The translations under genes and the position numbers were made by a program. A model generated the notes under the pieces. That model ran no database searches. It saw only the letters and a program-made list of their open reading frames with translations, and was not told the DNA's origin. From positions 11,388 through 75,387 of the forward strand of contig JACPGU010000002.1 of the NCBI GenBank assembly GCA_016188915.1: 64,000 bases of DNA. Direction: 5' to 3'. The stretch is from Candidatus Microgenomates bacterium. Lineage in GTDB: Bacteria > Patescibacteriota > JACPGU01. Shown here piece after piece: positions 57,501 through 64,000 of the stretch. Position 1 is the first letter of the stretch. Each line of letters opens with the position of its first letter.

Positions 57501-58325
57501 TTTTTGAAATTCAGGTGAACTGTCAAAATCTTCTTGAGCGATAAATTCGTTTTTTAGCTCAATAGCGTTATGGACATTCCCGAATGCCATCTCCTTAATT
57601 ATTTTTTTCTTAGCGGCCTCTCGGACTTCAGGTGAGTTAACTATATCGTCGGGTAGATCTAATTTTTTATTAATCTCAATAGCTCTATATGGCTCTCCAA
57701 AATATGAGAAACTTTCAACAATTGTTTCCTTTGCGACTTCCAAAACTTCAGATGAGCTAATAAAGCTATCTGGTAAGTGAAGTCTCTTTATTATCTCAAT
57801 GGCTTTATCGGGGAGACCATGCGATATGTAGAATATCGCCCCCTTCTTTGCAGCTTCCTGAATTGCAGGTGAATTGATAAAATCATCGTCAGGCAAACCC
57901 AATGCTTTTTGTATTTCGAAAATATCATCTATACGATAACTAAAGATATCTTCGAATAGTTTTGAAGCGCGATAATTTATAGCTTTTTGAACTTCGGGTG
58001 AATTAACTATCTCATTTAGCTGGTGGGCGCTAAGGCCACAGTTATTTTTAATACGCAATAGTTCACTCATACCGTCCCTAGACACCGTGTACATCAAGGT
58101 CTCTATTATGCGTTTTCTCGTACTTTTCTGTTCTGGCGTTAAAATAATTTCTTCTCCATCTTCCTTTTTTTCTTTTGGGCCAAAAATAGAATCAACATGT
58201 TTCTGGGCTTGTTCTTGAACTTTGTCAAATTCTTCAGCAGTCGGTTTTTCACCAGCAAGCCTCTGCATTTCAGCAGCTTCAGCTTGAGCGCGAATTGGAT
58301 CGTATAAATTTGGGTTTTCTGACAT
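54558..58325 (-). CDS. Very large (1255 aa) hypothetical protein with ~10-12 N-terminal tandem ~36-aa helical repeats (SPExQEAAKK...AIEIKNEL.LP..F)
   Basis: Repeats read from the translation; no known catalytic motif recognised. Confidence 0.55.
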   Translation of the reverse strand: MSENPNLYDPIRAQAEAAEMQRLAGEKPTAEEFDKVQEQAQKHVDSIFGPKEKKEDGEEIILTPEQKSTRKRIIETLMYTVSRDGMSELLRIKNNCGLSAHQLNEIVNSPEVQKAINYRASKLFEDIFSYRIDDIFEIQKALGLPDDDFINSPAIQEAAKKGAIFYISHGLPDKAIEIIKRLHLPDSFISSSEVLEVAKETIVESFSYFGEPYRAIEINKKLDLPDDIVNSPEVREAAKKKIIKEMAFGNVHNAIELKNEFIAQEDFDSSPEFQKALEEGLYRKVSNGDVYDVIKIKNELGLPEGFSNLPEVQEAVREGLIRKLGHGGYYTEDVRHYFEIIKALNIPRDFADSPEFQEAAKKEIILMVEKRAFSWAIRIKNELNVSGDIIQKAIKNKILEDLSNGYILYSKEEIEKNPDLEETKEAIKGSLMDSLANVDTQNVEKILKIFNISDLIIQEAAKKVLIDKLSSGDINTTNRIKSAFNYLLVEVIKLPEIQEAAKKAVLNKASAGEISEALEIKKSFNLSEGVFQLSDMRQSDEECASKINPNNLISFVKHLGKDFDTLLPMPLTSEKAIEMILDNLESNDDLADYFLENAGNYHDKEWAGKGMLVAVSHYSVANKFINGIENFSWKNEPWVQDVIEKANKTLAEHGAQFGDGEHDYSYSHGSEGFRESNPYENNPWVFNKQQAVLTDALTDIMRGKINPRRMKDLNINQSEIEPLLAKINEKIKESYEKFITRFQSNSKINDDDKKALASPESLAVKMTPFFDLSNNLQYFAIRYLVQSIGGDLNRISDLRESLNNMDGVLEEGFKKYIKVHEVDIPLYDKLYEEFDNLRETGRYPTEVFLGRDGVYAWIGRWAQDIARRKKLGPEGRKKLQKMGDIIEINPQYLVYPRYFRDNLDYDTKRQFLEQERITPDADPLFYDTGYTGTIPEQIMRVMDFDDEDIERRIRLLSAPSVHRRVKGIPENARSEIIEYIEHNAKTENTAEGLIIDEETGKIHHIAQPTSPEEQFYYMMIKQAIARHYWLQEKLYHEPSGNVGVDSENYSIRIRQEYLDLLPKEFIENPKKFFAESGTLLKGGKGEGEYPDEEIISFELSDGTEIVAKKIELRKAKESRKEFSILISAKKVGLPTAEPVGFMSGKKEVDGSYLLMKKVEGISGRKFEKHLRESGKFSDEKINAIIQDVSEKNKELADLFRDKLKIDKRWRIKDTIIEFDEDSGTVVNVTPIDWERAEDFDANNPKKVDNIDNIVE

Positions 58326-58427
58326 AAAAATAAAATTTATCTCAATAATTCTTCAACCTTAACGCCAATTACTAGGGATAACCTTTCTATTGTTGAAGTG
58401 GATAAGACGACTACCTTCCGTCACAAT

Positions 58428-58501
58428 TGGCTGCGGGACATGGGGTCGAACCATGATTACCTGCTCCAGAGGCAGGCGTCCTACCATTAGACGATCCCGC
58501 A
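58428..58501 (-). tRNA. tRNA-Gln (anticodon CTG) with encoded CCA, flanked by a perfect 10-bp inverted repeat
   Basis: Acceptor TGCGGGA/TCCCGCA; anticodon stem CCTGC-CTCTGGA-GCAGG; T-arm CATGG-TTCGACC-CCATG; flanks GTCACAATTG / CAATTGTGAC. Confidence 0.85.
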
Positions 58502-58543
58502 ATCAATTGTGACAAAACAGACGATCTCCCAATGGCTAAAAAA

Positions 58544-59980
58544 TTAAGAAATTACTTTCTCCAATGCCTTCTTAATTCTTTTCAAACCTTCCTCTCTCCC
58601 CAAAACCCACAGTAACTCGGCAGGTGAAGGACTTTTTTCTTCGCCACTTAAGGCATAACGCACTGGCCAGAAAACATCGCCATTTTTCAAATTTTCTGCC
58701 TCTACTGTTCTTTTTAGAATATCTTCTAGTATTCCCAAGCTCTTCCATGAACTTTCCGGGGCTTTGGCCAAATTATCCCTAGCGGCAGAAATACCCTTGA
58801 TAGTTTCAGGCCAAAAACTTTTTGGAAATTTTAATATATCTTTTTTTACTTTTGGTGAGGCAAAAAAATAATTAGTTAGCAAGTCAAAGTCTTTTAGGGT
58901 ACGCATTCTGTCTCTGGTCACTTTTAATATTTTGCCAATAAACTCTTTATCATAAGAATCTATATCTATTTTTGAAAAATCTCGCAAAAGATCAATCAAA
59001 ATATCTTCATTCATTTTTCTAATATAATAAGAATTAATATATTGTAATTTATCAAGATCCAAGATGGCAGGATTCTTATGAATTTTCTCCGGAATAAATT
59101 CTCGGCTTAATTCTTTGAGAGTAAAAAATTCTCTCTCATCGTTTGGACTCCACCCCAAAAAAGCGATAAAATTAATAATGGCTTCTGGTAGATAGCCATC
59201 TTTTTTAAATTTCTCTACCGAAACATCGCCTTCTCTCTTGCTTAATTTTTTTTTGTCTTTGCCGACTATATTAGGCAAATGAGCAATAACAGGTGGGTGC
59301 CAACCGAAAAATTTATAAAGCAAAAGGTGTTTTGGCGTGGAAGAAAGCCATTCTTCTCCTCTCAAAATATGCGTGATGCCAGACTCATAGTCATCTACCA
59401 CTGAAGCCAAATGATAAGTGGGAAACCCATCTGATTTTATCAAGACCTGATCATCTATATTATTAGTATTGAATTCCACCCTGCCGCGAATCATATCATC
59501 AAAAGATATTTTCTCCCCAAGGGGTATTTTCATCCTAATAATATGAGGCTCATTATTTTTTAATTTAGATAATATTTCTTCTCCTTTAAGATTTCGACAA
59601 AAACGATCGTAGCCAATGGGTTGCTTTTTTTTCGTTTGCTCTAGACGCAATTTTTCCAATCTATCGGCAGAACAAAAACAAAAATAAGCGTGGCCTTTTT
59701 CTAATAATTGTCTAGCGTATTCTTTGTATAGAGATGTTCTAGAAGATTGATAAATGGGATCCTCTGCCCAATTCAATCCCAGCCATTCTAATACTTCCAA
59801 AATACGTAAATCTGAATCTTTGACTAAGCGGCTTTGATCAGTATCCTCAATGCGCACTAAAAAATAACCATCATTTTTTTTAGCAAAAAGATAGGCATAA
59901 AGAGCGGTCCTTGCTCCGCCAATATGCAATTCACCGGTGGGGCTAGGAGCAAAACGAGTTCTAACTATTGGTCCTGGCAT
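58544..59980 (-). CDS. gltX: Glutamyl-tRNA synthetase
   Basis: RFAPSPTGELHIGGARTAL (HIGH-like); KLSKR (KMSKS). Confidence 0.9.
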   Translation of the reverse strand: MPGPIVRTRFAPSPTGELHIGGARTALYAYLFAKKNDGYFLVRIEDTDQSRLVKDSDLRILEVLEWLGLNWAEDPIYQSSRTSLYKEYARQLLEKGHAYFCFCSADRLEKLRLEQTKKKQPIGYDRFCRNLKGEEILSKLKNNEPHIIRMKIPLGEKISFDDMIRGRVEFNTNNIDDQVLIKSDGFPTYHLASVVDDYESGITHILRGEEWLSSTPKHLLLYKFFGWHPPVIAHLPNIVGKDKKKLSKREGDVSVEKFKKDGYLPEAIINFIAFLGWSPNDEREFFTLKELSREFIPEKIHKNPAILDLDKLQYINSYYIRKMNEDILIDLLRDFSKIDIDSYDKEFIGKILKVTRDRMRTLKDFDLLTNYFFASPKVKKDILKFPKSFWPETIKGISAARDNLAKAPESSWKSLGILEDILKRTVEAENLKNGDVFWPVRYALSGEEKSPSPAELLWVLGREEGLKRIKKALEKVIS

Positions 59981-59985
59981 AAAAT

Positions 59986-60354
59986 TTATATATCAAAATT
60001 TTCTATATGTTTGATGTCATAAAGACCGCCATAGCGATCTCTTATCACAGAAATGACATCCATCCTTACGATTGGCTCTGGTCCATTCCATCGACCTAAA
60101 ACATAATTGATTATATTGTTTATTTTTTCTATTTTGACGCTATCTACCATCTCCTCTGGCAAACCAAAACGATTTGATGTTTTGGTTTTTACTTCTACAA
60201 AAACTAGATTTGGTCCTCTGCGAGCAATAATATCTATTTCGCCAAAATAACAGCGATAATTTCTTTTTATAATATCATAGCCACGCGCTCGGAGATATTT
60301 GGCTGCTACCTCTTCTCCCCAGTCGCCAATTTTTTTGTTTTCGTATTTGCTCAT
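59986..60354 (-). CDS. yraN: YraN-family (UPF0102) endonuclease
   Basis: GEEVAAKYLRARGYDII..NYRCYFGEIDIIA...VFVEVKTK. Confidence 0.75.
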   Translation of the reverse strand: MSKYENKKIGDWGEEVAAKYLRARGYDIIKRNYRCYFGEIDIIARRGPNLVFVEVKTKTSNRFGLPEEMVDSVKIEKINNIINYVLGRWNGPEPIVRMDVISVIRDRYGGLYDIKHIENFDI

Positions 60355-60968
60355 TGAACAATTATATCATGGATCGGATGGAAGCTTTTCCGATGCTCCG
60401 GACAAATACCATATTTTTTGATCGCCCCTAAGTGTTTGGCCGTCCCATAGCCTTTGTGATGCTCAAAGCCATATTCTGGATATTTTTTTGCTAATTCTTT
60501 CATATACCTATCGCGACTTACCTTTGCGATGATAGATGCTAGGGCTATGGAAAAAATTTTTGAGTCACCCCCTACTACCTTTTCTTGTCTTGTCGTAAGG
60601 CCACCTATCTCAAACCCATCTACCAAAACATAGTCTGGTTTTTGGCTCAACCCATCGACTGCTTTTTTCAGAACTAATTGATTGGCTCGTCCCAGTCCTA
60701 TTTTATCAATTTCTTCGGCAGAAATAAACGCAACAAAATATTCAATGTCTTTAATATCTTTGACTATCTCAAATATATCTTCCCTCTTTTTCTCGCTTAA
60801 TTTCTTTGAATCCCGTACGCCCAAATTTGAGATTTGAGATTTGAGATTTGAGACTATTGTCGCTGCTGCGACGATTGGTCCCGCCCAAGGTCCGCGACCA
60901 ACTTCATCCACCCCGCAAATATAAGAAAAGCCCCTATCAAAAAGGGCTTTTTCATAAGTCACAGGCAT
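60351..60968 (-). CDS. rnhB: Ribonuclease HII (likely start at MPVTYEKA; ORF track extends to 61052 and overlaps rplS)
   Basis: GVDEVGRGPWAGPIVAAA...DSKKLS; contains (GAGATTT)x3 heptamer repeat at 60828-60855. Confidence 0.85.
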   Translation of the reverse strand: MPVTYEKALFDRGFSYICGVDEVGRGPWAGPIVAAATIVSNLKSQISNLGVRDSKKLSEKKREDIFEIVKDIKDIEYFVAFISAEEIDKIGLGRANQLVLKKAVDGLSQKPDYVLVDGFEIGGLTTRQEKVVGGDSKIFSIALASIIAKVSRDRYMKELAKKYPEYGFEHHKGYGTAKHLGAIKKYGICPEHRKSFHPIHDIIVQ

Positions 60969-60978
60969 GCCCTGTTTT

Positions 60979-61635
60979 TTATTTTTCTTCATCGTCAGAC
61001 GATTTATCAGATTGTTCGCTGTTATCTTTCGCGCTATTCTCCACAGGTTCAATATCGGTGGGAGGCTCGTCCGTGCTGTCCAAGACGATAGCTTCCGTTG
61101 CCGGTTCTACGACATTATCGCTCTCCTCTATTTTTGTCTCTGTTGTTTTTTCTAACGATTCTTCTTGCTTTGAGGCTTCATCGATTGTTTGGCCAGCAGA
61201 GCTACTCTCGGCATCTGCCACCATATCTTCTGCCGGCGATTCTTGAGCTGTCTCCTCTTCGCCATGAGTAATTGCTTCCAGGACCGCCCTCTGGCTTTCT
61301 TTCAATTTAGCTGCTTTGCCAGTAAGCCCCCTCAAAAAGAATATTTTTTTTCTACGGGTTTTGGAACTGCGAACAATTTTTATATTTTCAATCAAAGGGC
61401 TAAGCAAGATATATTTTTTTTCCACCCCTACGCCACTGGCAATCTTTCTCACGGTGATAGAAGCGCTGACACCATTGCCCCCGTCTCTCGCGATAACAAT
61501 GCCTTCAAATATTTGCGTTCTAGTTTTCCCCCCTTCTTCTACTTTTATCGCTACACGCACAATATCGCCCGTGGCGATATCGGGAATTTTTCCTTTGTTG
61601 TATTTTTTATTGACATAAGAAAGCAATGGATTCAT
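60979..61635 (-). CDS. rplS: 50S ribosomal protein L19 with ~100-aa acidic C-terminal extension
   Basis: GDIVRVAIKVEEGGKTRTQIFEGIVIARDGG...; Glu/Asp/Ser-rich tail. Confidence 0.85.
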   Translation of the reverse strand: MNPLLSYVNKKYNKGKIPDIATGDIVRVAIKVEEGGKTRTQIFEGIVIARDGGNGVSASITVRKIASGVGVEKKYILLSPLIENIKIVRSSKTRRKKIFFLRGLTGKAAKLKESQRAVLEAITHGEEETAQESPAEDMVADAESSSAGQTIDEASKQEESLEKTTETKIEESDNVVEPATEAIVLDSTDEPPTDIEPVENSAKDNSEQSDKSSDDEEK

Positions 61636-61699
61636 CGTAGATTATATTTAAATGTAAGCCTGACAATAATAGCACAGAGAGACTTTTTTGTCCACTTCT

Positions 61700-64000
61700 T
61701 TAATGGACGGGTAAATCTACCACTGTATACTCAGGATTCTGGCCAAGGCTTTTTTTGATTTCATTTTTTATTTCTTCGTCAAAGCGCACCTTAAAAGAAG
61801 TCTTTATTTTTTTAAGACCATTTGGGCCGATTAATTTCAATATTACCGCTGTTTCTCCGCTATTTTGCATAAAAACTTTCTTCAGCCTGTTTAGATCATC
61901 TAGCATCAATTTATCGTTAAAGGAAATTTCTAAAATCTGTTTTTCTTCTTGTCCTATCTTGATCATTTCTTTATTGTATAAATCCAAAAGCGATGGAGTG
62001 AAGTCTTCAAATTCATTAACCAAGATTTTGGCTGAGCCATCTTTATTGGAAATTTTCCCAGATACAATAATTACTTTTCCCTCCGTCCAAAAACCCGGCT
62101 TTTCAATTAATTTTTTAGGGAAGACTATTAATTCTAATTGACCAGAAAAATCTTCCACTGTGACAAATAGCATCGGTTCCTTATTCCTGGTTGTTATTTT
62201 ATGGATTAAAGAGATAGAGCCGATAATTTTTATCTCTTTACCATCTAGATCATTACTGATAGAGGAAATAGCTGGAAAAAAATTTTTTGCTATCTCTCGA
62301 AAAGGATCCATCGGATGCCCAGATACATAGATGCCCAAAAGTTCTTTTTCCCAATCCAGTTTTTGTTTTTCAGAAGCTTTCTCTACTATCTCCAATTTTA
62401 TCGTATCCAAAAGCGCCCTGTCGGCTGTTTCGCCAAAGATATTGATTTGGTTGCTCCCCACATTTTTTCTTACATTTTGCGCGTACTGCAAAATATTATC
62501 TAATGATGCTAATAATTGATTGCGTTCTCCAAAAATATCCATCGCTCCGCTTTTGATCAAACTTTCTATCGTTTTTTTGTTGACATCACTCGTAGCCGTC
62601 CTTTCAATAAAATCCTCCAATGATTTAAATGCCCCTTTCTCTCTACGAGAATTTTCAATGGCTTCAATCGGCCCCTCGCCAACATTTTTTATAGCCGACA
62701 ACGCATAACGAATCTCCTTTTTGCCAGGGACTACGGCAAAAGTCGTAAAGCTTTCATTAACATCTGGAGGCAAAACCTTTATTCCAATAGAACGACATTC
62801 ATCGATTTCTTTGGCTATCCTGTCCAGGTCATTTTTGTCAGAAGTCATTAAGGCCGCCATAAAAGCTTCTGGATAATGAGCTTTGAGATAAGCTGTCTGC
62901 ACCGCAATCAGCGCGTAACAAGCGGCGTGAGATTTGTTGAAACAATAAGCGGCAAAGTCTTCGAGGCTTTTCCAGAGATTTTCCACGAAATCTTTTTTCG
63001 CGCCACTATGTTCTATCGCTCCTGCGACAAAAGCTTCCTTCATCTTGGTCATCGTCTCTATCTTCTTTTTGCCGATGGCCCTCCTCATGGTATCCGCTTG
63101 TCCACCAGTAAAACCGCAAAGGTCCTTGGATATCTGTATCACCTGCTCCTGATAAACGATAATGCCATAAGTGTTTTTCAGGGACGCTTCCATTTTGGGA
63201 TGCCCATAGGTAATGAGATCGGAATTGTGCTTTCTTTTGATGAAATCTTCAATCCACTGCATTGGTCCCGGTCGGTAAAGGGCTACCATCGCGATGATAT
63301 CTTCAAATTGGTTGGGGCGTAATTCTTTGATGTAGCGCTTCATCCCATCAGATTCCAGCTGAAAGACTCCCGTGGTCTCGCCCCTGCTCAAAAGTTCATA
63401 GGTCGCCCGATCATCTATCGGTATATCGGCAATATCAATATTTATCTCGTAGGCTTTTTTGATGATTCTTAAAGTATTTTTTATAATAGTAAGGTTGGCC
63501 AGTCCCAAAAAGTCAAATTTCAATAATCCTATATCTTCAATCGGCCCCATTGAATATTGAGTGGCGATACCGCCTTTTTGCGCTCGCACTAAGGGTGCGT
63601 GTTCTACTATCGGATCTTTAGAGATAACTACTCCTGCCGCGTGCACGCCGGCATTACGAATAGTTCCTTCCAATTGCATGGCGATATTAATAAGATTTTT
63701 TGCCCTGGAGTTAGTATTGTACTCTTTGGACAATGTTGGATCTTCAATTATAGATTGGGATAGCGACGTATGTTTGCCTTGCACTGGCGCTGGAATTAAT
63801 TTGGCTATAGCATCTACTTCGGCATAGGGCATGCCCAATACTCTTCCTGTGTCTCTTACCGCGTTGCGAGCCGCCATCACGCCAAAGGTGATGATTTGTG
63901 CCACACGATCTTGCCCATATTTCTCGGTAGCGTATTTGATTACTTCATCTCTTCTATCATCGGCAAAGTCCATATCAATATCAGGCATAGAGATACGATC
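61700..64000 (-). CDS. dnaE: DNA polymerase III alpha subunit, C-terminal portion (N-terminus beyond window end)
   Basis: GVHAAGVVIS, NKSHAACYALIAVQTAYLKAHYP, OB-fold tail. Confidence 0.9.
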   Translation of the reverse strand, partial: DRISMPDIDMDFADDRRDEVIKYATEKYGQDRVAQIITFGVMAARNAVRDTGRVLGMPYAEVDAIAKLIPAPVQGKHTSLSQSIIEDPTLSKEYNTNSRAKNLINIAMQLEGTIRNAGVHAAGVVISKDPIVEHAPLVRAQKGGIATQYSMGPIEDIGLLKFDFLGLANLTIIKNTLRIIKKAYEINIDIADIPIDDRATYELLSRGETTGVFQLESDGMKRYIKELRPNQFEDIIAMVALYRPGPMQWIEDFIKRKHNSDLITYGHPKMEASLKNTYGIIVYQEQVIQISKDLCGFTGGQADTMRRAIGKKKIETMTKMKEAFVAGAIEHSGAKKDFVENLWKSLEDFAAYCFNKSHAACYALIAVQTAYLKAHYPEAFMAALMTSDKNDLDRIAKEIDECRSIGIKVLPPDVNESFTTFAVVPGKKEIRYALSAIKNVGEGPIEAIENSRREKGAFKSLEDFIERTATSDVNKKTIESLIKSGAMDIFGERNQLLASLDNILQYAQNVRKNVGSNQINIFGETADRALLDTIKLEIVEKASEKQKLDWEKELLGIYVSGHPMDPFREIAKNFFPAISSISNDLDGKEIKIIGSISLIHKITTRNKEPMLFVTVEDFSGQLELIVFPKKLIEKPGFWTEGKVIIVSGKISNKDGSAKILVNEFEDFTPSLLDLYNKEMIKIGQEEKQILEISFNDKLMLDDLNRLKKVFMQNSGETAVILKLIGPNGLKKIKTSFKVRFDEEIKNEIKKSLGQNPEYTVVDLPVH

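Overview
This is a compact, low-GC (~35%) bacterial window. Almost all genes sit on the minus strand, separated by very short AT-rich spacers. Gene content and layout resemble a small-genome, CPR/Patescibacteria-like lineage (inference). The housekeeping set covers translation (lysS, serS, metG, gltX, infC-rpmI-rplT, rplS, hpf), repair (recG, uvrA, pcrA/uvrD, xthA, rnhB, dnaE), lower glycolysis (gapN-like ALDH, PfkB kinase, class II fba, tpiA), class II B12-dependent RNR nrdJ with nrdR, secA, trxA, and four tRNAs (two Leu, Glu, Gln).

The most notable locus is a type I restriction-modification operon (hsdM, hsdS, hsdR; 2.6-10.5 kb). An uncharacterised KAP-family P-loop NTPase and a small membrane protein are wedged between hsdM and hsdS. 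A hicB-hicA toxin-antitoxin pair sits between hsdS and hsdR. RhuM-family and RhuM-Fic genes flank the operon, and the RhuM gene is bracketed by a 73-bp direct repeat. I read the embedded NTPase-membrane pair as a candidate undescribed defence module.

Other unusual features:
- A compositionally foreign (~55% GC) secreted-protein gene at 26.1-27.0 kb with a perfect sigma70 consensus promoter, a strong Shine-Dalgarno and a strong terminator.
- Two or three families of GC-rich palindromic elements, several inserted in-frame in conserved genes (rsmD, recG, rsmI, hsdM).
- A MITE-like AT-rich element with terminal inverted repeats, found upstream of three genes.
- A recurring TTCTTAATTTCTTA intergenic motif.
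- Heptanucleotide microsatellites inside recG, tatD and rnhB.
- Partial tRNA duplications: a tRNA-Glu 3'-end fragment repeated twice in a 105-bp tandem repeat, and a tRNA-Leu 5' fragment.
- Several GC-rich non-coding stretches that look like structured RNAs.
- A 1255-aa protein with ~36-aa tandem repeats and a surface protein with a lamin-tail domain.

All assignments rest on motifs read directly from the sequence. No database searches were run.
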